A stretch of DNA of 25,725 nucleotides from Dehalococcoidia bacterium (GCA_040882355.1 JBBEBM010000047.1:62001-87725), one strand, 5' to 3'. Shown: positions 1-8,901, numbered from the stretch's first letter. A program made the numbers and translations. Notes: generated from the letters alone by a model not told the origin.

Positions 1-152
1 ATGTATGGGGCGACCCTTCGGCGGGCTCCCGCCCAGGCGAGTCTGCGACAGGGCAGGCTCCTGGCAGCGCCCTATCGCTGATGCGACGCGTCAAGGAGCA
101 GTTCGATCCACGCGGCACGATCAATCCGGGCCGCTTCATGGGAGGGCTGTAG
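1..152 (+). CDS. glcE: 3' end of FAD-binding oxidoreductase, glycolate oxidase subunit GlcE-like (partial, runs off left edge)
   Basis: Frame from nt 3 reads VWGDP...ALSLMRRVKEQFDPRGTINPGRFMGGL* (TAG 150-152), the typical FAD-linked oxidase C-terminus (K..FDP.G..NPG). It lies directly before glcF. Not in the ORF track. Confidence 0.8.
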   Translation, partial: VWGDPSAGSRPGESATGQAPGSALSLMRRVKEQFDPRGTINPGRFMGGL

Positions 153-153
153 C

Positions 154-1440
154 GTGGTCGAGCCGCATACCGAGATCGTCGACCGGCCGTCGCCGGAGGA
201 CCTGAGCCAGTGCGTGCACTGCGGCTTCTGCCTCCAGCAGTGCCCGACCTACCTGCAGCTCGGCCTCGAGACCGATTCGCCGCGCGGCCGCATCCACCTG
301 ATCCGCGCCGTCGCCGAGGGCCAGGTCGAGCCGACGCCGTCGCTGGTCGGCCATCTCGACCTCTGCTTGCAGTGTCGCGCCTGCGAGACTGCGTGCCCCT
401 CGAGTGTGCCGTTCGGCCGGATCATGGAGTCGGGCCGGGCGATGCTGGTGCAGCAGGGCAACGTGCCGTTCGCCTGGCGGCTGCGCGTCTGGCTGCTCAA
501 GCAGACGCTCCCCTACCCGGCGCGACTGCGGGCGCTCTTCGGCTTGCTGCGACTGTACCAGCGCAGCGGCCTCCAGCGTTTGCTGCGAGCGACGCGCCTG
601 CTGCGGGCGCTGCCAGGCGGCCTCGCTGATGCGGAGTCGATGCTGCCGGACGTGCCCGCGCGGGCCTACAGGGCTCCGGCCGCCACCGACGACGCCGGAA
701 CTCGACGCGTCGCGCTGCTCACGGGCTGCGTGATGCCGATCCTGTACCCGCGCACACACGAGGCAACGGTGCGCGTGCTGGCGCGCAACGGCATCGACAC
801 GGTCGCCCCGGCGGAGCAGCGCTGCTGCGGCGCACTCAGCCTCCACGCCGGCGATCGCCGCACCGCGCGCGACCTGGCCCGGCGCAACATCGATGCGTTC
901 CTCTCAGCGAACGTCGAGGCCGTCGTCGTCAACTCGGCCGGCTGCGGGTCGACGCTGAAGGAGTACGGCGAGCTGCTGGAGCGCGACGAAGCGTACGCCG
1001 TGAAGGCGCGCCGCTTCTCGTCGCTGGTGCGCGACGTGAGCGAGTACCTCACTGAGCTGCCCTTCCAGGCGCCAAAGGACTCCCTGCCGAAACGGGTGAC
1101 CTACCAGGACTCCTGCCACCTGGTGCACGCGCAGCAGGTGCGCTCCGCTCCCCGCGAGCTGCTGCGCTCGATCCCGGGCCTGGAGCTGATCGAGCTGGAG
1201 ACGCCGGACCGCTGCTGTGGCAGCGCGGGCGTCTACAGCTTCGCCCAGCGCGAGATGTCGCTCCGGCTGCTCGACGACAAGATGCGGGACGTGGCGGCGA
1301 CCGGCGCGCCCGTGATCGCGACCGCGAACCCCGGCTGCATGATGCAGCTCGAGGCGGGCCTGCGGCGGCACGGGCTGGCGGGACGCGTTGTTCATGTGGT
1401 CGAGCTGCTGGACGAGGCGTACCGGGCGGAGGAGGTATGA
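154..1440 (+). CDS. glcF: Glycolate oxidase iron-sulfur subunit (two 4Fe-4S motifs plus two CCG domains)
   Basis: CVHCGFCLQQCPTY, SPRGRI, CLQCRACETACPS, CCGAL, YQDSCHL, CCGSAG and ANPGC motifs. Confidence 0.92.
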   Translation: MVEPHTEIVDRPSPEDLSQCVHCGFCLQQCPTYLQLGLETDSPRGRIHLIRAVAEGQVEPTPSLVGHLDLCLQCRACETACPSSVPFGRIMESGRAMLVQQGNVPFAWRLRVWLLKQTLPYPARLRALFGLLRLYQRSGLQRLLRATRLLRALPGGLADAESMLPDVPARAYRAPAATDDAGTRRVALLTGCVMPILYPRTHEATVRVLARNGIDTVAPAEQRCCGALSLHAGDRRTARDLARRNIDAFLSANVEAVVVNSAGCGSTLKEYGELLERDEAYAVKARRFSSLVRDVSEYLTELPFQAPKDSLPKRVTYQDSCHLVHAQQVRSAPRELLRSIPGLELIELETPDRCCGSAGVYSFAQREMSLRLLDDKMRDVAATGAPVIATANPGCMMQLEAGLRRHGLAGRVVHVVELLDEAYRAEEV

Positions 1441-1967
1441 CACTGATGCGTGAGTTGCTCCTAGACTTCGCGACAGTTGGCCGTACCGCGGCGCGCATCA
1501 TCGCGGTCGTCGTCGTACTAGCGTGTACTTACCTGACGCTGGTCGTTATCGCAACGCTCATCTGCGACTCCAGATCGGAAGAGGCGCGGCCGCTGGAGAC
1601 CTTCTTCTGGATCATTCTGCCTGTTCCCGTACCGCTCCTGCTTGGAGTTCTGTTCGGCAGGCGGATTCCGGGATCAGAGCTTCTGCTGATCAGCATCGGT
1701 TCAATAGTCGCGGCTTCTGGGGCGCTGCTCTGGTGGGTCGGCGGGGTCGTCTGGATGCCTCTAGGTTGGATTGTCCTCATGCTTGGTTGCGGCAAGATGG
1801 CACGGGTCCGAATCTGGCCAGGCGTAAGGCGGGCGTGGCTGGATCAGCCTGACGATGGTTCCCTGCGGGCCGCGCTCATCAGCGCGCCGAGTACCAGTCC
1901 TCGCGGCTTGACCGAAGAGTTCTGGCGTTGGCTCAACAGGCCTCAGCCGCCGCGGAGCTTGTCGTGA
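1437..1967 (+). CDS. Hypothetical membrane protein (about 4 hydrophobic segments)
   Basis: ATGA overlap with the glcF stop and GTGA overlap with the next start; several hydrophobic stretches; more A/T-ending codons than neighbouring genes. Confidence 0.6.
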   Translation: MTLMRELLLDFATVGRTAARIIAVVVVLACTYLTLVVIATLICDSRSEEARPLETFFWIILPVPVPLLLGVLFGRRIPGSELLLISIGSIVAASGALLWWVGGVVWMPLGWIVLMLGCGKMARVRIWPGVRRAWLDQPDDGSLRAALISAPSTSPRGLTEEFWRWLNRPQPPRSLS

Positions 1968-2686
1968 CCGCGCCCATCCACATCCGAGGGCAAGCCGGCG
2001 ACGTGGCGCGGATCGTGCTGCTGCCAGGCGATCCTGGCCGGGCGACGCGCGTCGCGGAGCGGCTGGACGGCGCCCGCTGCTACAACGAGTTCCGCGGGCT
2101 GCTCGGCTACACGGGCGCGTACAAGGGCGTGCCTGTCTCCGTGCAAACGACAGGCATGGGCGCGCCGTCCGCCGCCATCGTTGTCGAGGAGCTGGCGCTG
2201 CTTGGCGCGAAGACGGTCGTCCGCATCGGCACGTGCGGCGGCGCGGGGCCGGACGTGCGCCCGACGGACCTGATCGTGGCGACGGCGGCGTGTCCCATCG
2301 AAGGCACGACGCGCCTCTACGTCGACGGCGATCCGTACGCGCCCGCCGCCTCGTTCCGCGTCGTGCGGGCGCTGGTCGACGCCGCTGAGCGGCTCGGCGC
2401 GCGCCATCACGTCGGCCTTGTTGCGACGGAGGACGCCCTCTACGCTGTCACGCCGGAGTGGCGCGAGCGCTGGGCGGCGCGCGGTGTGCTGGCGCAGGAG
2501 ATGGAGGCCAGCGCCGTCTTCACGGTGGCGGCGCTGCGCGGGCTGGGGGCGGGCTGCCTGCTCGTCGCGTCGAACTCCGCCGGCCAGCACGAACGCCTGC
2601 CAGACAGCGAGCTGGAGGACGCGATCGACCGCATGATCGACGTGGCGCTAGCGGCGGCCGCGGCGTTATCTGGGCCAGCCGCGTAG
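1964..2686 (+). CDS. deoD: Purine-nucleoside phosphorylase, DeoD/PNP_UDP_1 family
   Basis: VLLPGDPGRA, RGLLGYTG, TTGMGAPS, RIGTCG and EMEAS motifs. Start moved to GTG 1964, which overlaps the upstream TGA. Confidence 0.85.
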   Translation: MTAPIHIRGQAGDVARIVLLPGDPGRATRVAERLDGARCYNEFRGLLGYTGAYKGVPVSVQTTGMGAPSAAIVVEELALLGAKTVVRIGTCGGAGPDVRPTDLIVATAACPIEGTTRLYVDGDPYAPAASFRVVRALVDAAERLGARHHVGLVATEDALYAVTPEWRERWAARGVLAQEMEASAVFTVAALRGLGAGCLLVASNSAGQHERLPDSELEDAIDRMIDVALAAAAALSGPAA

Positions 2687-2706
2687 CCGGCCACGTCCCG
2701 ACTATT

Positions 2707-2794
2707 GCCACAGATTCACACAGATGAAACACAGATTTTGGCCAGAACGACGGTGCCTCGAACCTGTCTGTGTCAATCTGTGATCATCTGTGGC
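2707..2794. repeat. Imperfect inverted-repeat (REP/MITE-like) element built from CACAGAT units, between convergent genes
   Basis: Left arm GCCACAGATTCACACAGATGAAACACAGA (2707-2735); right arm TCTGTGTCAATCTGTGATCATCTGTGGC (2767-2794). Confidence 0.8.
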
Positions 2795-2801
2795 CCACGG
2801 C

Positions 2802-3335
2802 TCACTGAAGGCGCTTCTCGTACCAGGCGACGTCCCAGTAGCGGTCGAACTTGCGCCCGACGTCGTGCATGACACCGGTGAGCGTGAAGCCGAAGCGCTC
2901 GTGGAGGGCGGTCGAGGCGTCGTTGGGCAGCGTCATGCCCGCGATTGCGAGGCGCAGGTCCTCGTCGCGCACGGCGTCGAAGAGGGCGCCGTAGAGCAGC
3001 GCGCCGATGCCGCGGCCAGTGGCCTCCGGCGCGCAGTAGATCGTGACTTCGATGGTCGTGTCATAGGCTCGGCGGTCGCGGAACTTGTGTGAGCCGGCGT
3101 AGCCAAGCACGACGCCGTCCTGCTCGGCGACGAACAGCCGGTGCGGGCCGCGCTCGGCGAACTGCGCGAGCCACTCCCGGCGCTGCTCGACCGTGTACGG
3201 CTCGATATCGAAGGTGATCGGTGTGGTGAGAATGTAGTGGTTGTAGATCTCGGTCAGGCGCGGCAGGTCGTTGTCACGCGCGTGGCGGACGGTGGCATCG
3301 ATGGCGCTCGCGCTCGTCGGTCGGGAGGCATCCAT
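2802..3335 (-). CDS. GNAT N-acetyltransferase, phosphinothricin/methionine-sulfoximine acetyltransferase (YncA/MnaT) family
   Basis: IYNHYI...ITFD, GRGIG acetyl-CoA loop, LPNDAS.ALHERFGF and GRKF.RYWDV motifs. Confidence 0.9.
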   Translation of the reverse strand: MDASRPTSASAIDATVRHARDNDLPRLTEIYNHYILTTPITFDIEPYTVEQRREWLAQFAERGPHRLFVAEQDGVVLGYAGSHKFRDRRAYDTTIEVTIYCAPEATGRGIGALLYGALFDAVRDEDLRLAIAGMTLPNDASTALHERFGFTLTGVMHDVGRKFDRYWDVAWYEKRLQ

Positions 3336-3399
3336 GGTGGAGCGATCATAGCACCACCCAAGGCGCGCAAGGTTACAGTCGGGTTACGAATCGGATAGC

Positions 3400-3634
3400 A
3401 CCAGCTCCCTCGCCGCACGTTCCGTACCCATTGCGCCACTTTCTTGGACGTTGCCCAATGAGGATAGTCCTCGGCCTTGAGGATGCCCGCGCTTTCCTTC
3501 AGCGCTCACCTCAGTCGCTCGCGACGAACCCGCTCCTGAGCCGCCTCGGCTACAAAGGCCGCTCGCTGCCGTTTGCCGACCATCTCGTCGATGGCTAGCG
3601 CTAGGTCGCCCGGTATCGTTACACGAGTTCCCAT
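3400..3634 (-). pseudogene. RHH/CopG-type antitoxin-like gene interrupted by an in-frame TGA; no adjacent toxin; 3' end approximate
   Basis: ATG 3634: MGTRVTIPGDLALAIDEMVGKRQRAAFVAEAAQERVRRERLR*ALKESAGILKAEDYPHWATSKKVAQWVRNVRR, with TGA at 3508-3506. Near-palindrome GGTGATATCATC at 3635-3646 directly upstream. Confidence 0.65.
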
Positions 3635-3691
3635 GGTGATATCATCATCTCAGGTTGGCGCCAGCCTATCAAGCGGAAGTCTTGGCCACGC

Positions 3692-5308
3692 CTAAGCCTG
3701 GCCTTCGGTTGGTGCTTCGGCCTCTTCCGGCGCCTCCACTGTCAGGTGCGCCGCGACAGCATCGATCTGCTCGTGGAGGGGGCGCGCGGTCTCCACCACC
3801 ATGTGCGAGCCGAAGGGCAACTCGTCGACCGGCTCGCGGCGCTCCTGCTGCTGCTGGTAGATCTCCCATCGCCCGTCCGAGACGACGCGCTCCCCGCCCC
3901 GGCGCTCGCTCAGCCGCTCCCAGACGACCGACTCGTCCGCCTCGCACTCCAGCGCCAGGAACCGAGCGTCCGTCTCGAACGCGAGCCGCAGCGCGCCCTC
4001 GCGCTGGTCGCGACGCAAGTACGACGCGTCGAGCACCACCGGCCTGCCGCGCTCGAGCCAGGATCGCGCTTCGTCGAGGAGCGCCTGGTAGGTGTGCTCC
4101 GTGACCTCCGGGCTGTAGATCCCCTGCTCGTACTCGTCCCAGTGGCGCTCGGTCGATTCGATGCCGAGCAGCCGCTTGCGCGTCACGTCGGATGAGAGGA
4201 TGGCGGCGCCCAGCCGCGCCGCGAGCGCGTTCGCCAGGTGGCTCTTGCCGCTGCCCGTCACGCCGATGGTGATCAGCAGCGTCCGCGGCGTCAGCTCGGT
4301 CGCGTAGCGATGCGCAAGCGCGAAGTAGCGCCGGCAGCCTTCGGCGACGCGCGCCTTCTGCGCCTCGTCGATCTCCGGCTGGTCGAGTTGGAAGCCGTCG
4401 ACCTTGCCACGCACGTAGGCGCGGTAGCATTTGTAGAAAGGCAGCACGAGCGGCAGCGTCGAGTCAAGCGTCGCGCCGAGGTACGCACCCATGAGCACGT
4501 CCGAGAGGTCCTGCCGCCCGCGGTCCTCAAGGTCCATCGCCAGGAAGGCGATGTCGGCTGCAACATCCGAGAAGCGGAAGCGCTCGTTGAACTCGATACA
4601 ATCGAAGATGCAGACGCCGTCGTCGACGAAGCAGACGGCGTCCGCGCGCAGGTCGCCGTGGCAGTCGCGCGCGCGGCCCTCGCGGACGCGTAGCTCGAAG
4701 AGTGCGGCGTCGTCTTCGGCGATCGATTCGATGAACGCCTGGATCTCGTCGAACTGGTGGCGGGTGATCGTGCGGCCGATGAACGGTTCGGTCTGCTCGA
4801 AGTTCTCGCGCCAGTTGACCAGCGCCGTCTCCAGCCCGCCGTACGTGTCGATCTCATCGCTGCGCTCCGACGCGGCGTGGAAGTCGGCGACCGTGCGAGC
4901 GAGCCGCGACACCATGTCGGGCGTGACCCCATCGCGATCCAGGAGCGGCGTCATCATGCCCTCGTCGGGCAGGCGGCGCATCTTCACCGCGTACTCAGCG
5001 ACGCTGCCCTGCGCGTCGACCTTCAGCTCCCCCTCAACGTAGGCGATGGGCACGACGCCAAGGTACGTGCTGGAGCAGAGGCGCCGGTTGAGGCGCACCT
5101 CCTGCTCGCAGAAGTGACGCCGCTTCTCCAGCGTGCTGAAGTCGAGGAAGCCCAGGTCGAGCGGCTTCTTCACTTTGTAGACGAAGTCGCCCGCGAAGAT
5201 CAGGTACGAGATGTGCGTCTGGCGCAGCTCGATCTCACCGGTCGAGTGCGGGTACGCGTCGGGCGAGAGGAGCGCCTGGATCTGCGGCGACAGCGCGGGT
5301 TCCGCCAT
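3692..5308 (-). CDS. Bifunctional aminoglycoside-phosphotransferase-like kinase / P-loop (AAA_33) protein
   Basis: QTHISY, YKVKKP, CHGDL, FDCIEFN and D...DIAFLAMDL motifs, then P-loop GVTGSGKS and SSDVTRK. Real start is ATG 5308 (MAEPALSPQ), just after the upstream stop. Confidence 0.88.
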   Translation of the reverse strand: MAEPALSPQIQALLSPDAYPHSTGEIELRQTHISYLIFAGDFVYKVKKPLDLGFLDFSTLEKRRHFCEQEVRLNRRLCSSTYLGVVPIAYVEGELKVDAQGSVAEYAVKMRRLPDEGMMTPLLDRDGVTPDMVSRLARTVADFHAASERSDEIDTYGGLETALVNWRENFEQTEPFIGRTITRHQFDEIQAFIESIAEDDAALFELRVREGRARDCHGDLRADAVCFVDDGVCIFDCIEFNERFRFSDVAADIAFLAMDLEDRGRQDLSDVLMGAYLGATLDSTLPLVLPFYKCYRAYVRGKVDGFQLDQPEIDEAQKARVAEGCRRYFALAHRYATELTPRTLLITIGVTGSGKSHLANALAARLGAAILSSDVTRKRLLGIESTERHWDEYEQGIYSPEVTEHTYQALLDEARSWLERGRPVVLDASYLRRDQREGALRLAFETDARFLALECEADESVVWERLSERRGGERVVSDGRWEIYQQQQERREPVDELPFGSHMVVETARPLHEQIDAVAAHLTVEAPEEAEAPTEGQA

Positions 5309-5310
5309 GG

Positions 5311-6420
5311 CTACGAAGGCACGTCGAAGGGCGTCTTGAAGCCGTCCGGCTCGTACGCCCCCAGGACGATCAGCTCGAACGGGCCGTAGCCAACCTTGTC
5401 GCCCACGCGGTACTCGCAGACCGTCTCCGTCTGGACGTGGACACGCTCGACTGCGTTCGGGTCGTTCAGGTCCCAGCGTTCGCCTTCGACGACGAGCGGG
5501 CCGTGGTACTGCCCGCCTCGCCAGCCACTGGTGTAGGCGTAGCCGGCACCCTGCATGAAGAGGAGGCGCTGCGGACGCGCCTCGATGACGAGCTCGCGGC
5601 CGTCCGGCCCTTCGAGCGTGAGGGAGCCGCCGTCGAAGACGCGCGTGCCCGGCTTCATCTTGATGTCGTGTCGCACAACCCGGAGCTGCTCGGGCTCGCG
5701 CTCGCTTTCGTAGGGGAAGGCGCGCACGGCGATCTCGTGCCAGCGCCGGCCGTCCGTCTCCTCCGAGACGCTGTACAGGATCGCCGAGTCGTCGAACTGG
5801 ACCGGCGCCCAGTTCCAGTAGAAGCCGCCCATGCGGCCGTCGCCGGACGGCGCGCTCGCCGGCTCGCGGTCGCCGACGGGGCGGATCCCCCACGAGCGGT
5901 CACGGGCGCCCCAGAACGCCTCCGGCGTCACGTCGTAACGCTTGTCGCCGACCGTGAGCGTGCCTTCCCAGCGCCCGACCTGGGTCAGGCGCGTGTAGTC
6001 CATCACCACGCGATTGCCCGCGCGGCGGAAGAAGTGCGGCTCCTGGAACGGGAAGTGAGCGCCCTCGAAGGTGAGGTCGAAGTCCAGACCCCACTCGTTC
6101 GGCTCGCAAGCGACGCGCAGGCGGCGCAGCCCTTCGAGCACCTCGATGTGGATCGGCCCGGCGTTCGTCGCCGCCCGGTCGTGGCCGAGGGCGCGTGAGG
6201 CGCGCACGACCCACTGGGCGTCGCCCTGCGTGGCCGTCGCGAACGCGTCTATGACGCCGATGTTCGGGAAGACGCCGAGCGCCACGACGAGAAAGACCTC
6301 GCTCTTCAGGTCGAAGCAGGAGAAGTAGTAGCGGTCGTAGAAATTGCGGTCGCTCGTCGCGGCGCGGTCGAGCGTCTCCGCGGTCTGGTGGATCGGGTAG
6401 TCGTCGAAGGGGGTGAGCAC
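5311..6420 (-). CDS. Conserved hypothetical protein (tocopherol-cyclase/lipocalin-like beta-rich family)
   Basis: GGAGGAGG SD before GTG; LTPFDDYPIHQT, DRNFYDRYY and RDRSWGIRPVG motifs; strongly GC-biased third codon positions. Confidence 0.8.
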   Translation of the reverse strand: MLTPFDDYPIHQTAETLDRAATSDRNFYDRYYFSCFDLKSEVFLVVALGVFPNIGVIDAFATATQGDAQWVVRASRALGHDRAATNAGPIHIEVLEGLRRLRVACEPNEWGLDFDLTFEGAHFPFQEPHFFRRAGNRVVMDYTRLTQVGRWEGTLTVGDKRYDVTPEAFWGARDRSWGIRPVGDREPASAPSGDGRMGGFYWNWAPVQFDDSAILYSVSEETDGRRWHEIAVRAFPYESEREPEQLRVVRHDIKMKPGTRVFDGGSLTLEGPDGRELVIEARPQRLLFMQGAGYAYTSGWRGGQYHGPLVVEGERWDLNDPNAVERVHVQTETVCEYRVGDKVGYGPFELIVLGAYEPDGFKTPFDVPS

Positions 6421-6492
6421 GTCCTCCTCCTGCTGAGCTTCGCGCGACGCGGGTAGTGTAGCGGGAGAAGGGGTCTGAGCGAAATGCGACGT

Positions 6493-6693
6493 CTATGCAG
6501 CCGACCGGTGAGCCGTTGGCTCGATCGGGCGCGCTTGGGGCGCAGGACTGGGTGTCGACTGGGCGGGGCGGCCCGCGGGGTCCTGCATCGCGGCCGCGAG
6601 CAGCTCGCGGTCAGGCAACCCGCCGCCCACGGCGAAGTTGTATGCTACGAACCCGATTGTGTTCGCGAATCTCTGCAGCGGCGTGGTCTCCAT
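6493..6693 (-). CDS. Small hypothetical protein (66 aa)
   Basis: GAGGAG SD about 7 nt before the ATG; occupies an otherwise empty intergenic region; ends in RSAA. Confidence 0.55.
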   Translation of the reverse strand: METTPLQRFANTIGFVAYNFAVGGGLPDRELLAAAMQDPAGRPAQSTPSPAPQARPIEPTAHRSAA

Positions 6694-6811
6694 CAGCTAT
6701 CTCCTCGACTGTTCGATTTCCTTCACTCCCCACGATACGGGACGACCGGGCTGCGCGGGTTACCGGCCTGTGTCACTCTGGTTAACGATGTGTTACGCCG
6801 CCGACGAACGC

Positions 6812-6837
6812 AGGGGCCGGCGCGAACCGCCGCCCCT
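6812..6837 (-). terminator. GC-rich hairpin downstream of the surface-protein gene (possible terminator)
   Basis: AGGGGC-CGGCG / CGCCG-CCCCT stem; no clear U-tract. Confidence 0.4.
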
Positions 6838-6860
6838 CGTGGCTTGTGAACTTGTGGGTG

Positions 6861-7874
6861 CTAGCCAGCTCGGCCCTTCATCAGCGCGTAGCCCGCAGCG
6901 AGCGCTCCTGCGAGGCCGAGGGCGCCCAACGCGGCGAAGCCGACCAGGCTATCACTGTCGGCGCTGCCTGAGGTCGGCCCGCCGGTGGGCGGGAGCTGGA
7001 TCGACTCCTCGGTAGCGGTCGGCTCCGGCTCTTCGGTGGCAGTGGCAGTCGATGTGGGCGGAACCACAGCGACGAAGCTCCCGGCCTGCAGGAACACCGC
7101 CGAGTCGTAGCTCTCGTCGCTCGCGTCAGCGATAGCCAGCTTCATGTGGTTCGTCGTGCCGGGCGTCGCGGCGGACTGACAGGTGAGCACCGTCGTCAGG
7201 CCGTCCATCTCCGTGTTGATCGACCCGCCGCCGTCGTCCAGGTCGTTGTTGCGATAGAGCTCGGCATGAGATGGCGTCGGGTCTTCGCCCGTGTCCGGGT
7301 TGCCGTTGTTGATCGTGTTGACCGACACCGGATCGCTGTCCACCATCGCGCAGTTCTCGCCGTTGATGAAGAACGCGAAGACATCGTTGAACTCGGTGTT
7401 GACGTACTCGTTGTACTCGTCGGAGGCGAAGACGTACTGGAACGCGACCGCGTCCGTGTTCGGGACGAAGTCGAACTCCAGCACCGACGCGTCGAACGTC
7501 TCGAAGCCGGACAGCGCCTCCAGGTCCGTGTCGCCCGCGCTGCCAAAGGACGTGGTGATGCTATCGTCCACGTTGGGCCCGACGACGGAGCTGACGGCGC
7601 CTGAGCTGAGGATGACGCCCGAACCGAAGCCGATGATGTTAGCGGCGCCGGTGAACTCGCCGCCTGCCGCCTCGTCGCCGGTGTAGGTGACGTTGGAGAT
7701 GGCGATGCCCTCGCCTACCAGGTCGTTCGCCAGGTCGGACGGTTCGAGGGCTCCCGTGAGGTCGTCGACCGTGAGCGCCGAGCCGGCCTGGGCGCTCATC
7801 GCGACGAACATCGCGACGATGAGCCCGACGACGAGCGCCAAACTGGTGGTGATCGTGAGGTTTCGTGGCCGCAT
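6861..7874 (-). CDS. Secreted surface protein with choice-of-anchor L domain and C-terminal LPxTG-like sorting signal
   Basis: Signal peptide ending ...MSAQA; GVILSSG, DASVLEFDFVP, YVFASDEY.EYV...FNDVFAFF and KLAIAD.SD..YDSAVFL motifs; P/T-rich linker; LPPTGG followed by a hydrophobic helix and KGR. GGAGGGA SD favours ATG 7874. Confidence 0.85.
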   Translation of the reverse strand: MRPRNLTITTSLALVVGLIVAMFVAMSAQAGSALTVDDLTGALEPSDLANDLVGEGIAISNVTYTGDEAAGGEFTGAANIIGFGSGVILSSGAVSSVVGPNVDDSITTSFGSAGDTDLEALSGFETFDASVLEFDFVPNTDAVAFQYVFASDEYNEYVNTEFNDVFAFFINGENCAMVDSDPVSVNTINNGNPDTGEDPTPSHAELYRNNDLDDGGGSINTEMDGLTTVLTCQSAATPGTTNHMKLAIADASDESYDSAVFLQAGSFVAVVPPTSTATATEEPEPTATEESIQLPPTGGPTSGSADSDSLVGFAALGALGLAGALAAGYALMKGRAG

Positions 7875-8055
7875 AGTGGTTCCCTCCATACTACGGCGTG
7901 CTCGCCAAGTCCTAACGTTGCTGTCAAGAGTATCCTGCCTGTCGCCTTGAGGGTCAATACTGAAGTACGAGTATCCCAGGCCAGGCGTAGCGACGGCGTC
8001 GAAGGGCGCGCTATCATACGGCTAACGTTCCGTCGCGAAGCTGAAGGAGCCGCTC

Positions 8056-8901
8056 ATGACCACCGCCGTCGAGCCGCGAGAGCACACCGTCGAACTGCGC
8101 GGGCTGCGCTTCCACTATGTCGAGTGGGGCGAGGGCCGTGCGACGGGCGGCGCGCCGCCAATCGTCATACTGCACGGGCTGAGCAGCACGGGCCGCATCT
8201 GGGACGGCCTCGCGCGGGCGCTGCAGGACCGCTATCACCTCTTCGCGCCGGACCAGCGCGGCCACGCGGCGACGTCGTGGCCCGAGGCCGCCGACTACAC
8301 CACCGACGACCTGGTGGGTGACGTGGAGGCGCTCGTCGAGGCTTGGGGGCTCGACCGCTTCGTGCTGATCGGCCTCTCGATGGGCGGCATGAACTCGATG
8401 GCCTACGCAGCGCGCCACCCGGAACGCGTGACGCGCCTCATCGCCGTCGACATCCCGCCCAGGGTGCACCGCGACCTCGACCCGATGCGCCCCTTCTACA
8501 AGAAGATCGCCGAGGAGGGCCACCCGACGTTCGACTCGCCGGACGACGCGATCAAGCTGATCCGCGCGACGAACACGATCACGTTCGACGAGGCGCTGCG
8601 CCACCGGCTGCGCTACATCCTGAAGCAGCTCCCGGACGGCCGCTGGACGTATCGATCCGACCCGCGCATCAGCTACCATTGGACGCCCGCCGACTTGTGG
8701 GACGAGCTGTCGAAGATCACGGCGCCGACGCTGATCGTGCGCGGCGGCCAGTCGAACGTGCTCAAGGAATCGACCGTCGAGAAGATGCTCGCCGCCCTGC
8801 CCAACGGCCAGGCCGTCTGCATCGAAGCAGCGGGCCACACCGTGCCCGAAGACACGCCTGCGGAGTTCATCGCGGCGGTGGAGGCGTTCCTGGCGGGCTA
8901 G
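8056..8901 (+). CDS. Alpha/beta fold hydrolase
   Basis: HG oxyanion motif, DQRGH, nucleophile elbow GLSMGG, C-terminal AGH; AAGGAG SD. Confidence 0.92.
   Translation: MTTAVEPREHTVELRGLRFHYVEWGEGRATGGAPPIVILHGLSSTGRIWDGLARALQDRYHLFAPDQRGHAATSWPEAADYTTDDLVGDVEALVEAWGLDRFVLIGLSMGGMNSMAYAARHPERVTRLIAVDIPPRVHRDLDPMRPFYKKIAEEGHPTFDSPDDAIKLIRATNTITFDEALRHRLRYILKQLPDGRWTYRSDPRISYHWTPADLWDELSKITAPTLIVRGGQSNVLKESTVEKMLAALPNGQAVCIEAAGHTVPEDTPAEFIAAVEAFLAG

Noticed and set aside
2707..2794. CRISPR array or tRNA
   Set aside because: It is a single inverted pair of short units, with no repeat-spacer periodicity, cas genes or cloverleaf.
3506..3508. Selenocysteine or programmed read-through at the TGA in the RHH gene
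   Set aside because: The position lies in an Arg-rich helix where Cys is not expected, and no convincing SECIS follows; a CGA-to-TGA mutation is simpler.
5309..5893. 195-aa N-terminal extension of the kinase/P-loop ORF (733 aa in the track)
   Set aside because: It overlaps the real upstream gene in another frame and is Arg/Pro-rich shadow sequence; homology starts at ATG 5308.
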